64,000 bases of DNA from an uncultured Bacilli bacterium (GTDB lineage: Bacteria; Bacillota_I; Bacilli_A; RF39; UBA660), in NCBI GenBank assembly GCA_947629405.1, contig CANRDL010000001.1:7502-71501 (forward strand), written 5' to 3'. The translations under genes and the position numbers were made by a program. Position 1 is the first letter of the stretch. Each line of letters opens with the position of its first letter. The notes below the pieces were generated by a model. It saw only the letters and a program-made list of their open reading frames with translations, was not told the origin of the DNA and did not search any database. This document shows, in pieces, positions 40,023-50,186 of this stretch.

Positions 40023-43000
40023 TTAAGCTACTTTTTGTAATTTTACTTCTTTTAATTTTTTATATTCTGAAATTATTAATTTCATAGCTTGCAATCTAAT
40101 TTTTTCGACATCATGTTTAGTTAAATTATAAAATTTAGCAATTTTTGTAATATTAAATCCACATAGATAAAGTATAATAATCCTATATTGATTACCTGTC
40201 AATTTATTTTTCATTACATCAAGTATTTTTTGAGATTCTTCTTTACACTCATCTAGCAAACTTTCATTAAACCATATTAGTGTTAAAGTTAATGCTTTTT
40301 CTTCATAATAATAAATAAGGGTATCTAACATCTTTAATAAACTATTTTTAGAATTACAATTTTTTTCAATTGCATCAATTGTATCATTTTTAAAAAAATT
40401 AATTTGATCTAATCTTTTTACTTGTTCTATTGATAAATTATTATTAGTATAGCGGTCATTTTGATCTTTTAACCATCCATTTAATTCGATAATTTTATTA
40501 TTAGAAGTATCTTTTGTAATATTTAAATTTCCATTATTATTATAATATTTTTGCGCTGTATTATAATTTTTTTCCCATAAACGTAAATCCCATATCATAC
40601 CAATTTGTTCCAACTTATAAATTCTATTTTTACTTAATTTATTTTGTTTATATAAATATCTTTGTAATTTAATCCATTGTCCTAATTTTACTCCATTTAT
40701 TATGTAATTATTAGGGATTAATAAATTTCCATTTTTTCTATAATAATCTTGAGCTAATTTAAATTTTTCATTCCATTTATCTTCTTGAAAACGGGTAGTA
40801 TTGTTATTATATTTATGTCTATTTGCTTGTTCTTTAGTTAATACCCAAACCATTCCTATTTTATTTAATTTTTCAATTCTTCTTTCACTTAGTTGATTTT
40901 TTCTATATAATTTTCTTTGTCTGAATATCCAATAACCTAATTTAATTCCATTAACTTCATAACCGTAAGGAACTAATAAATTTTTATGTTCTTTATAATA
41001 ATTTTGAGCTAATTTATATTTTTCATTCCATTGTTCTTCCAATATATTTATTTTTGGTTTCTTTTTATTTTTTCTATTATATTGCTCTTTAGGTACTACC
41101 CAAACCATTTTTATTTTATTTAATTTATCAATTTTTTCTTTACTTAATAAGTTTTTTCTATAGTATTGTCTTTGTCTTACTATCCAATAACCTAAATTTA
41201 CTTCATTTACTACATAATTTTTAGGAATTAATAAATTTTTATGTTCTTTGTAATACTCTTCAGCTAGTTTATATTTTTCATTCCATTGTTCTTCTATTTT
41301 ATTTATTTTTGGTTTCTTTTTATGATTTCTATAATATAGCTCTCTAGGTACTACCCAAACCATTTTTATTTTATTTAATTTATCAATTTTTTCTTTACTT
41401 AATAAGTTTTTTATATAGAATCGTCTTTGATTAGAAATCCATTGTCCTAAATTTATGCCATTAACTACATAACTATAAGGAATTAATAAATCTTTGTGCT
41501 CTTTGTAATACTCTTCAGCTAATTTATATTTTTCTTCCCACATTTTTTGTAATTTTGGATTTTTTCTTTTGTGGTGACTATTTCTATTATATAGTTCTTT
41601 TGGTACTACCCAAACCATTTTTATTTTATTTAATTTATTAATTCTTTCTTCGCTTAATTTATTGTTTTTGTAATTTTGTCTTTGCAATGCTATCCAATTA
41701 CCTAAATTAACTCCATGAATTACATAACTTTTAGGTATTAATAAATTTTTATGTTTATTATAATACTCTTCGGCTAATTTATATTTTTCATTCCATTTGT
41801 CTTCAAGAGAAACTCTAACTTTTTTACTATCTTTATTAATATTATTATTTTGAGTATGACTAATTATTGGTGTTTTAGATTGTGTTATATTGTTTGCTAA
41901 TTTAATATCCAATTCATCTTTTAATTTTTTTAGCATTTGATATATTCTTTGTTGTTCATTTTGAGATGGATTTTCTATACTAAATAAACTATATTCTTCT
42001 TCATTAAAAAGTGCTATTACTTCCTTACTAACCATTTTTTTATCATAGTTTGTATATTTTAAAAAATTTCGAAGATTTTTAAATATATTTTCATCTTTTG
42101 TATTTTGTTGATTCATTTTTTCAGTTTTCAAATAGTTATTATTTGAAAAATTTTTAAGTTTTCTTAAAGCTTTAGCTTCTATTTGTCGTATACGTTCACG
42201 AGTAACATTAAATTTTTTTCCTACTTCTTCTAAAGAACGCTTTATACCATCTTTTAATCCAAAACGTAATTCTATAACAGTTTTTTCGTTTTCATTTAAA
42301 TATTGTATTGCTTCTTTTATTTGAGATATAAGAAGAGAATTAGTAGCATATTCTTCTGGATTAATAGTATTTTTATCTTCTATAAACATTTTTAAATCAG
42401 CATCATTGTCATCTCCAACTGGATTTTCTAATGACACTGTATTTTGACTAATTTCTATTATATTATTAATATAAGAAATGCTTTTATTGGCTTTTTTAGC
42501 AATTTCTTCTATTGTTGGTTCACGATTGAGTTCAATAATTAATTGTTTTTTTAAAGAAGCTATTTTTTCTATACTTTTAATTTTATTAGTTGGTATACGA
42601 ATTGTTCGCGCTTGTTTTTGTAATGCACTTGTTATAGCTTGTCTTATCCACCAAGTAGCATATGTGGAGAATTTAAATCCTTTGGTATAATCAAATTTAT
42701 CTATTGCTTTTATTAATCCAGCATTACCTTCTTGAACTAAATCTAGAAAGGATAAACCACGATTTCTATATTTTTTAGCAATAGATACAACTAATCGTAA
42801 ATTTGCTTCAGAAAATTTTTTTCGCGCAATTTTGTTTCCTTCCGCTATTTGTTTTGCTAATATTTGTTCTTCTTCTAAAGTTAATAAAGGTATACGACTT
42901 ATTTCCTGTAAATATATCTTTTCTGGATCATATTGATCAAAATTTATTTCTTCTATTTCTTCTTTCTCTTCAATATCAATATTATTAATTGAACAATAAA

Positions 43001-43274
43001 CTTCTAGTAAAGATATTGCAAAGTCATTATTAAATATTTTCTCTAATTCATTTTTTTTAATAAAATCTATATTTTTATCTACAACTATTTTTAAGATATT
43101 ATTTAATTTAGTATTATAAGTTAATAGGGATATTATACTTTCAATATCTTGCAATGAATTTTCAAATTTCAAACAAAATTCTATAAAAAACCTATAACTA
43201 TGTTTATAATCTAATGGTTCCACTAAGTTTTCATTAAAAAATTCAGTTATTTTTTGAAAATCATTTACTTTCAT
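40023..43274 (-). CDS. RpoD-like sigma-70 factor (regions 1.2 to 4.2) fused to seven HA (helicase-associated)-type repeats and a second C-terminal sigma region-4-like HTH
   Basis: Region 1.2 [21 protein letters not shown]. Region 2 [50 protein letters not shown]. Region 4.2 [24 protein letters not shown]. Then 7 repeats [47 protein letters not shown]. The C-terminus [43 protein letters not shown] is an HTH. Confidence 0.75.
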   Translation of the reverse strand: MKVNDFQKITEFFNENLVEPLDYKHSYRFFIEFCLKFENSLQDIESIISLLTYNTKLNNILKIVVDKNIDFIKKNELEKIFNNDFAISLLEVYCSINNIDIEEKEEIEEINFDQYDPEKIYLQEISRIPLLTLEEEQILAKQIAEGNKIARKKFSEANLRLVVSIAKKYRNRGLSFLDLVQEGNAGLIKAIDKFDYTKGFKFSTYATWWIRQAITSALQKQARTIRIPTNKIKSIEKIASLKKQLIIELNREPTIEEIAKKANKSISYINNIIEISQNTVSLENPVGDDNDADLKMFIEDKNTINPEEYATNSLLISQIKEAIQYLNENEKTVIELRFGLKDGIKRSLEEVGKKFNVTRERIRQIEAKALRKLKNFSNNNYLKTEKMNQQNTKDENIFKNLRNFLKYTNYDKKMVSKEVIALFNEEEYSLFSIENPSQNEQQRIYQMLKKLKDELDIKLANNITQSKTPIISHTQNNNINKDSKKVRVSLEDKWNEKYKLAEEYYNKHKNLLIPKSYVIHGVNLGNWIALQRQNYKNNKLSEERINKLNKIKMVWVVPKELYNRNSHHKRKNPKLQKMWEEKYKLAEEYYKEHKDLLIPYSYVVNGINLGQWISNQRRFYIKNLLSKEKIDKLNKIKMVWVVPRELYYRNHKKKPKINKIEEQWNEKYKLAEEYYKEHKNLLIPKNYVVNEVNLGYWIVRQRQYYRKNLLSKEKIDKLNKIKMVWVVPKEQYNRKNKKKPKINILEEQWNEKYKLAQNYYKEHKNLLVPYGYEVNGIKLGYWIFRQRKLYRKNQLSERRIEKLNKIGMVWVLTKEQANRHKYNNNTTRFQEDKWNEKFKLAQDYYRKNGNLLIPNNYIINGVKLGQWIKLQRYLYKQNKLSKNRIYKLEQIGMIWDLRLWEKNYNTAQKYYNNNGNLNITKDTSNNKIIELNGWLKDQNDRYTNNNLSIEQVKRLDQINFFKNDTIDAIEKNCNSKNSLLKMLDTLIYYYEEKALTLTLIWFNESLLDECKEESQKILDVMKNKLTGNQYRIIILYLCGFNITKIAKFYNLTKHDVEKIRLQAMKLIISEYKKLKEVKLQKVA
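40390..41810 (-). repeat. In-frame ~258-nt tandem direct repeats (5 to 7 copies) encoding the HA-type modules
   Basis: Near-identical blocks such as ccaaaccatttttattttatttaatttatcaattttttctttacttaataagtttttt recur at ~41100, ~41350 and ~41600. Confidence 0.85.
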
Positions 43275-43421
43275 AATAATCCCTTATTTCATATATTTTA
43301 ATTTCTTTAGAAATCCATTAAAATATCAACATATTATAACAGATTATTTTAATATTGCCAATTTTTTGTCAAATTATGGTTTTATTAAATTTTCAAATAA
43401 AAAAATAAAGAATTAATTGTT

Positions 43422-44513
43422 TTATTTTTCATGTCTAGAAATATTTAATATTATTCCAACTGAAGCCATAGAAACAAGTAATGAAGAACCACCATAAGAT
43501 AAAAAGGGAAGAGTAACTCCTGTTACAGGAATTAATCCAACAACAACCATTAAATTAAGCAAGGCTTGTAAAACAATACCAAAAGATAAACCAAATGCTA
43601 AATATTTGGAAAAATTATCTGGGGCTTTTAAAGAGATTTTTATCATTCGATAAAAAATAAAACCAAAAAAGAAAGTAACAATTAAAACTCCCAAAAAACC
43701 AAATTCTTCGGAAATAATTGAAAAAATAAAATCGGTTTGGGGTTCGGGAAGATAAAAATGTTTTTGTCGAGAATTTAAAAATCCTTGGCCTAAAAGACCA
43801 CCAGGTCCAATTGCATATAAGGATTGAATTATTTGAAAGCCACTTCCCAGTGGATCATTCCAAGGATTAATAAATGAAACAATTCTTTTTAGACGATATG
43901 GAGCAGCAATAATTAATGCTATTATGCCGACAAGACCAAATATTCCTGCTTTTATAAAAAAAGAAATATTAACTCCTGAGATAAATAAAACAACTATTAA
44001 AGTAGCAACCATTACCATACCTGTTCCAAAATCAGGTTCTAGCATAATTAAACCAAAAAAAGCTAAAATTACTAATAAAATAGGTAATACTCCTTTTTTT
44101 ATACTTCTGATATCTTTACTATTATTAGCAAGATATTTAGAAACAAAAATTATTAAAGCAATTTTTGTGGCTTCACTAGGTTGAATACCTAAAGGACCAA
44201 TACCAAACCAACTTCTAGCGCCATTACGAACTTTTCCAATACCAGGTATTAAAACAAGAATTAATAATATAAAACAAATAAGCAAAAGTAAATTAGATTT
44301 TTTTTGATAAAAATTATAATCTATTTTTGAAATAAATATCATTAAAAAGATACCAATTATAAAAAAGACAGTTTGGGATTTAACATATTTAAAAGGATCA
44401 TTAAATTTATATTCGGCCCAAATATAGCTTGAAGAATAAATCATAATTATTCCAAATATAATCATGGCTATAACGGCTATGAAAAGAAGTATATCAAATG
44501 ATTTATTTTTCAT
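43422..44513 (-). CDS. ftsW: SEDS-family peptidoglycan glycosyltransferase FtsW/RodA
   Basis: About ten TM helices. SEDS motifs (GSGF...GPGG, PLPFLSYGGSSL). Confidence 0.85.
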   Translation of the reverse strand: MKNKSFDILLFIAVIAMIIFGIIMIYSSSYIWAEYKFNDPFKYVKSQTVFFIIGIFLMIFISKIDYNFYQKKSNLLLLICFILLILVLIPGIGKVRNGARSWFGIGPLGIQPSEATKIALIIFVSKYLANNSKDIRSIKKGVLPILLVILAFFGLIMLEPDFGTGMVMVATLIVVLFISGVNISFFIKAGIFGLVGIIALIIAAPYRLKRIVSFINPWNDPLGSGFQIIQSLYAIGPGGLLGQGFLNSRQKHFYLPEPQTDFIFSIISEEFGFLGVLIVTFFFGFIFYRMIKISLKAPDNFSKYLAFGLSFGIVLQALLNLMVVVGLIPVTGVTLPFLSYGGSSLLVSMASVGIILNISRHEK

Positions 44514-44573
44514 AATATTTCCCCCTTATAAATTTTATTATTAATCCATAAAAAAAATCACTAAACAGTGATT

Positions 44574-45566
44574 TTATAACCAAACTCCATAAGTGATTGC
44601 CAACATTGCAAGTAAGAAACCTACTATCCAAAATACTTTTACAATGTCAACTTCAGCCCAACCAAGTTGTTCAAAATGATGATGGATTGGCGCCATCTTA
44701 AATACTTTTCTATGAAACTTCCTAATAGCAATTATTTGAATAATAGAACTTAATGCTTCAACTACAAATACACCACCAATTAATATTAATGAAACTTCAT
44801 GGCGAGTAATAATAGCAACTGTAGCAATTGCAGCACCTAATGCCATAGAACCAGTGTCACCCATGAATACTCGAGCTGGATGAGTATTAAACATTAAGAA
44901 TCCTAATACAGATCCAATTAGGACAAAGCAAAATATTGCAACTTCCATATTTCCTTCCATCCATTTAGTATTCCAAGCAATTAAGCCAAAAGCAAATAGG
45001 GCAATAGCACTAAGCCCTCCAGCTAAGCCATCTAAACCATCTGTTAAATTTACAGCATTGGTCGTTCCTACTAATACAATAAGGATAAATAAACCAAAGA
45101 ATGGTCCTAAAGGAATAGATAAATTTAAAAAACTTATTTCTAATGTTGAACTGCCACCATGTTTCATAAATATAAAGAAAAATATTGAAGCAATAATAGT
45201 TTGAATAATTAATTTTAACCAAATTGAAAACCCTTTATTATTATGATATTTAATTTTTAAAAAATCATCAATAAAGCCAAGTAGGGCATAAGCTAAAAAT
45301 ACTATTAATACTATAGATAAATTTGAACTTATTCCTATACTACCTCTCAAATATAAAAATATTAAGGTAATAATAGTAGGAATTATAAATATTATACCAC
45401 CAATAGTCGGTGTCCCTTCTTTAACTAAATGTCTTTTTCCAATAGTTTTGCTAACGTTTTGTCGAATATTAAACTTCTTTAAAAAGGGAATAAAGATAAT
45501 ACCACAAATTAAAGCAAGAATAAAACCGATCATTATAGCTAATGTCGCTTTTGTAATTATTAGCAT
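44574..45566 (-). CDS. mraY: Phospho-N-acetylmuramoyl-pentapeptide transferase
   Basis: MraY motifs NAVNLTDGLDGLA, MGDTGS and PIHHHFE. Confidence 0.92.
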   Translation of the reverse strand: MLIITKATLAIMIGFILALICGIIFIPFLKKFNIRQNVSKTIGKRHLVKEGTPTIGGIIFIIPTIITLIFLYLRGSIGISSNLSIVLIVFLAYALLGFIDDFLKIKYHNNKGFSIWLKLIIQTIIASIFFFIFMKHGGSSTLEISFLNLSIPLGPFFGLFILIVLVGTTNAVNLTDGLDGLAGGLSAIALFAFGLIAWNTKWMEGNMEVAIFCFVLIGSVLGFLMFNTHPARVFMGDTGSMALGAAIATVAIITRHEVSLILIGGVFVVEALSSIIQIIAIRKFHRKVFKMAPIHHHFEQLGWAEVDIVKVFWIVGFLLAMLAITYGVWL

Positions 45567-45650
45567 GATTTCACCTCTTTAATATCTATATTATACTATA
45601 TATTTAATTTCTTTTTTTCTTAAAATACTATTTATTTACATTTATTTACA

Positions 45651-47543
45651 TTAATTTAATAATATTTTAACTATAGAATTAATAGGAGCTAAATTATTTT
45701 CTATAGGACTTTGATAAACAACAGTATTTCCGCTACCAGAAAATTCTACTTTAAAATCTTTTAGTAATTTTAAAGCTTCATCTTTGGTTTTTCCGGTAAC
45801 ATCAGGAACTTTTATATATTTTACATCGTTCCAGTTGTATTCTTTTTCGATGCCTTTTTTACTTTCTTTAATATTCATTATTTTTATTAAATCTTTAAAT
45901 ATAGATCCCGCAATAGGGGCAGAGACAACCCCTCCATATTGGGTAACCCCTTTTGGGTTATCTACAGCCACATATAAAACTACTTTAGGATTATCAGCAG
46001 GAGCAAATCCAATAAATGATAAAATGTAGTTTCCAACCATATAAGCTCCATTAGAAACTTTTTGGGCAGTTCCCGTTTTTCCGCCAATTCGATAATTTTC
46101 AATATAAGCACCACGACCACTACCATGAGCAACAACATTTTCTAGAGCATAACGAACTAATTTTGCTGTTTTTTTACTAATAACTTTGCCTCTACTCACC
46201 GGAGTATTTTCTTTAATAATATTAGAAGAAGTAGAAAAAGATTTTGTAATATAGGGTTTGTATAATGTTCCACCATTAACAATTGAAGATACGGCTGTTA
46301 TTTGTTGAATAGGGGTTACGCTTATTCCTTGACCAAATGCCGTTGTGGCTAATTCCAAATCGGTTACTTTGTTTAAATTAAATAATATTCCATTTTCTTC
46401 GCCATTTAAATCAACTCCAGTTTTATTCCCAAATCCAAATTTATTTATATAGGAAAATAAAGTTTTTTTACCGAGCTTTAATCCTAGATTTACAAATCCT
46501 GGATTGCAGGAATTTTCTACTACTTCTAAATAACTTTGATCACCATGTCCGCCAGCTTTCCAGCATTTTATACGTGCTCCGTTTATTGTAACACCACCAG
46601 TATCAGTATATCGATCTTTAAATAAATTTACTTTATTTTCTTCAATTGCGGCAGTTAAAGTAATAATTTTAAAAGTAGATCCTGGTTCGTAAGTCATAAA
46701 TATTGGTAAATTTCTATTGATAATTTCTGTAGAGTAATTTTGATAATTATTAGGATTGAAAGAAGGACGAGATCCCATACCTAAAATTTCTCCAGTATTA
46801 GGATCCATAGCCATAATTAATGCATGATCAGGATTATATTTTTCTACTACATTAGTTAATTCTCTTTCAATTGATTTTTGAATTTCTAAATCAATTGTCA
46901 GATTGACATCAATTCCATTTTGCGGTTGAACATATACTTCAGAAAGTTCTAATTTTTTTCCTTTTCCGTCAGAAAAATATTTAATCGCGCCATCTTTACC
47001 CGTTAAATATTTATTATATTCAAGTTCTAACCCTGATAAACCTTGATTATCTATTCCAACATATCCTAAAGTATGAGCAAGTAATTCTTTGTATGGATAA
47101 TATCTTTTTGATTCTTTTACTAAATAGACGCCGTCGTATTCTAATTTATCAATTTGTTGTGCTACATCATAACTAAGTTTTCTTCCTTCGGGATGAACTC
47201 TTTCAATTGATGTTTTTTTATAGACATGTTTTTGCATTTCTTTAACTGAAACATTTAATATTTCGGCTAATTTTTTACTAACTTCTTTTTTATTTTTAAT
47301 TTGATTGGGAATAAGTACTAGAGAAGTAGTTGTAATATTATCTGCTAAAACTTTTCCGTTTCGATCATAAATTTTACCTCGTTCAGCAGCAATTGGTAAA
47401 TTACGCCCCCATAAACTAGATGATAGTTTATTTAATTTTTTATAATCTATGACTTGAATATAAAAAACTTTTAAAATAATTATAATTAAAAATAATATAG
47501 TAATTATAAACACGAATCTTATTCTAGTAGATTGCTTTTTCAT
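45651..47543 (-). CDS. Class B penicillin-binding protein (PBP2B/FtsI-type transpeptidase) with a C-terminal PASTA domain
   Basis: Transpeptidase motifs STFK, SCN and KTGT. PASTA-like tail VPDVTGKTKDEALKLLKD. Confidence 0.88.
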   Translation of the reverse strand: MKKQSTRIRFVFIITILFLIIIILKVFYIQVIDYKKLNKLSSSLWGRNLPIAAERGKIYDRNGKVLADNITTTSLVLIPNQIKNKKEVSKKLAEILNVSVKEMQKHVYKKTSIERVHPEGRKLSYDVAQQIDKLEYDGVYLVKESKRYYPYKELLAHTLGYVGIDNQGLSGLELEYNKYLTGKDGAIKYFSDGKGKKLELSEVYVQPQNGIDVNLTIDLEIQKSIERELTNVVEKYNPDHALIMAMDPNTGEILGMGSRPSFNPNNYQNYSTEIINRNLPIFMTYEPGSTFKIITLTAAIEENKVNLFKDRYTDTGGVTINGARIKCWKAGGHGDQSYLEVVENSCNPGFVNLGLKLGKKTLFSYINKFGFGNKTGVDLNGEENGILFNLNKVTDLELATTAFGQGISVTPIQQITAVSSIVNGGTLYKPYITKSFSTSSNIIKENTPVSRGKVISKKTAKLVRYALENVVAHGSGRGAYIENYRIGGKTGTAQKVSNGAYMVGNYILSFIGFAPADNPKVVLYVAVDNPKGVTQYGGVVSAPIAGSIFKDLIKIMNIKESKKGIEKEYNWNDVKYIKVPDVTGKTKDEALKLLKDFKVEFSGSGNTVVYQSPIENNLAPINSIVKILLN

Positions 47544-47688
47544 ATTTGTTTATCCTTTCAATAATTTATATGAAAAATTACAATCAATTATTTAATTAAA
47601 CCAAAATTTATTGTATAATAAATATAGTTAAGAAGATTTTAATTATAATAAATTATTAATTATAGTATAATTAAGTAGGTGATAAGAA

Positions 47689-48771
47689 TTGAAATATATT
47701 ATTTCGGCTGGTGGTACTGGGGGACATATATATCCCGCTTTAGCAATTATTGAAGAAATTAAAAAAAATGATCCAAAAGCTGATATTTTATATATTGGCA
47801 CTCATAATCGAATGGAAGCTACATTAATTCCAAAAAGAAAAATAAAATATGAAGCTTTAAAAATATATGGTCTTTCTAAAACTAATATAATAAGAGATTT
47901 TAAAAATGTTTTTTTAATTTTCAAAGCTATGAATAAATGTCGAAAAATTTTTAGTGATTTTAAACCAGACATAGTTATTGGAGCAGGTGGCTATGTAACT
48001 TACCCAGTTATAAAAGTTGCCACAAGTTTAAAAATTAAAACAATAATTCATGAACAAAATTCTATTCCTGGAAAAACTAATAAAGCACTTTCTAAAAAAG
48101 TAGATAAAGTTTTAACTTCATTTCGTGATTCCGAAAAATATTTTGAAACTAAAAATATAATTTATACTGGAAATCCATGTGCCGATAAAGCTAAAAATAT
48201 AAAACCAGCTAAAAAGGAAAACTTTGGTTTATCTAAAAATAAAAAGCTAGTTTTATTTACATCTGGCTCTTTAGGTTCGGAGACAGTTAATAAAAGATGT
48301 TTAGAATATTTAAAAAATGCTGGAACAAAAAATTATGAAATTTTATATGTAAGTGGTACACTTTTTTATGAAGAAATGATTAAAAATAATACTTTTCCTA
48401 AAAATGTCAAAATTGTTCCATTTATTGATAATTTAACTTCAGTTATGAAAATTACAGATCTTTTTATAACTAGGGCAGGAGCATCTACTATTAGTGAAAT
48501 AATTGCTTTAAATATTCCCGCTATTTTTATTCCATCTCCATATGTAGCTAATAATCATCAATATTATAATGCTAAGTCTTTAGTAGATAAAAAATGTGGA
48601 AAAATTATTGAAGAAAAAGATTTGACAACTAAAAATTTAAATAGTGAAATAGATGCTATGCTTAATGATACAGATAAATTAAAACGAATCAAAAATAACT
48701 TAAAAAAAGAAGAAATAAATAATAGTAGTACAAAAATTTATAAAGTAATACAAGAGTTAATTAAAAGGTGA
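47689..48771 (+). CDS. murG: UDP-GlcNAc:lipid I GlcNAc transferase MurG (TTG start)
   Basis: GGTGGHIYPA N-terminal motif. GT28 fold. RBS AGGTGA 7 nt before the TTG. Confidence 0.9.
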   Translation: MKYIISAGGTGGHIYPALAIIEEIKKNDPKADILYIGTHNRMEATLIPKRKIKYEALKIYGLSKTNIIRDFKNVFLIFKAMNKCRKIFSDFKPDIVIGAGGYVTYPVIKVATSLKIKTIIHEQNSIPGKTNKALSKKVDKVLTSFRDSEKYFETKNIIYTGNPCADKAKNIKPAKKENFGLSKNKKLVLFTSGSLGSETVNKRCLEYLKNAGTKNYEILYVSGTLFYEEMIKNNTFPKNVKIVPFIDNLTSVMKITDLFITRAGASTISEIIALNIPAIFIPSPYVANNHQYYNAKSLVDKKCGKIIEEKDLTTKNLNSEIDAMLNDTDKLKRIKNNLKKEEINNSSTKIYKVIQELIKR

Positions 48772-48777
48772 TAAAAA

Positions 48778-49488
48778 GTGGTAAAAAAGACTAAAAAAGT
48801 AAAAAGAAAAAAATTAAGCTTAAAAAAAGTTATATTACTTTTATTATTCTTATATTTAATTATAAGTCTTTTTTGCTATTGTTTTAATTTGAGAATAAAA
48901 AATATATACATTACTGGTAATAATTTAGTTACTGATAATGAAATTATTCAAGCGGCTAAAATTAAAGATTATCCTTCAATTTTTAAAACTAATTCTTTTA
49001 TTTTAAAGAAAAGAATAAAAAAAATAAATCTTATTAAAGATGTGGAAATAAGAAAGAATTTATATGGAAAACTTACTATTAAAATTAAAGAAAATAAAGT
49101 TCTTTTTAAAGAAGAAAATAGTCAAAAATTAGTTTTGGAAACTGGAGAAAAAATTGAAGATAGGGACTTTTTAGGTATTCCAACATTAATATCGTCACTT
49201 GATGATAATTTAAATGATAAGCTAATTAAAGGTCTTAAAAATATATCTAGAGATAATTTATCTTTAATTTCCGAAATAGAATATGTACCAGCGACATCTG
49301 GAGAAGTAAAAATCGATAAAGAAAGATTTTTAGCTTATATGAATGACGGCAATAAAGTTTATTTTAATATTCTTAATATTAAAAATTTAAATTTATATCC
49401 AAAAATAAATTCATCTTTAGAAAATGAAAAAGGATATATAAATTTAGATTCATCAAACAGTGAAAATTTTGTATTTACACCATTTTAG
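48778..49488 (+). CDS. ftsQ: Cell division protein FtsQ/DivIB-like (GTG start)
   Basis: Basic N-terminus plus TM, with a POTRA-like region (KNIYITGNNLVTDNEI...). Located after murG. Confidence 0.7.
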   Translation: MVKKTKKVKRKKLSLKKVILLLLFLYLIISLFCYCFNLRIKNIYITGNNLVTDNEIIQAAKIKDYPSIFKTNSFILKKRIKKINLIKDVEIRKNLYGKLTIKIKENKVLFKEENSQKLVLETGEKIEDRDFLGIPTLISSLDDNLNDKLIKGLKNISRDNLSLISEIEYVPATSGEVKIDKERFLAYMNDGNKVYFNILNIKNLNLYPKINSSLENEKGYINLDSSNSENFVFTPF

Positions 49489-49500
49489 GAGTGATGAATT

Positions 49501-50109
49501 ATGAATTATAAAAAAATACAGGATGAGATTTTAAATAATCAAGATTTATCAAATAAGAAAAAATTATTACTTCACAGTTGCTGTGCCCCTTGTTCTTCCC
49601 ATGTAATAACTTATTTAAAAGATTACTTTGATATTACAATTTATTATTATAATCCTAATATTGAACCTAAAGAAGAGTATGAAAAAAGGAAAAAGGAACA
49701 AATAAAATTAATAAATATCTTAAAAGATGAAGGATTTAAAATTGATTATATAGATTGTCACTATGAAAATGAAGAATTTTTAAAGTCATCTATAGGATTA
49801 GAAAAAGAGCCAGAGGGTGGAGCAAGATGTTTTAAATGTTTTTATTTACGACTTTTAAAAACAGCCAAAAAAGCTAAAGAACTAAATTATGATTTTTTTG
49901 GAACAACTTTGACCGTTTCACCACATAAGAATACTAATAAAATAAATGAAATTGGTCTTTCTTTAGAAAAAGAATACAATATTAAATTTTTGATATCCGA
50001 TTTTAAAAAAGAAGATGGCTATAAAAAAAGTATTATGCTTTCTAAAAAATATAACTTATATCGTCAAAATTATTGTGGATGTCATTTTGCTAATAACATT
50101 GAAGAATGA
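49501..50109 (+). CDS. queH: Epoxyqueuosine reductase QueH (DUF208)
   Basis: LLHSCCAPCSSHV Cys cluster, C-terminal CGCHFA, and a ~200-aa length typical of QueH. Confidence 0.7.
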   Translation: MNYKKIQDEILNNQDLSNKKKLLLHSCCAPCSSHVITYLKDYFDITIYYYNPNIEPKEEYEKRKKEQIKLINILKDEGFKIDYIDCHYENEEFLKSSIGLEKEPEGGARCFKCFYLRLLKTAKKAKELNYDFFGTTLTVSPHKNTNKINEIGLSLEKEYNIKFLISDFKKEDGYKKSIMLSKKYNLYRQNYCGCHFANNIEE

Positions 50110-50186
50110 GTTTTTACTCATTTTTTTTATTAAAAAAAGGAAATCTTAAAAAAATATTGTACATATAAGTGAAAGGAGGTTAATTT

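Noticed and set aside
40390-41810. Regular direct repeats that could be mistaken for a CRISPR-like or satellite array
   Set aside because: The repeat unit is ~258 nt with no short repeat-plus-unique-spacer structure. It is in frame within one long ORF and encodes a repeated protein domain. It is a coding repeat, not CRISPR.
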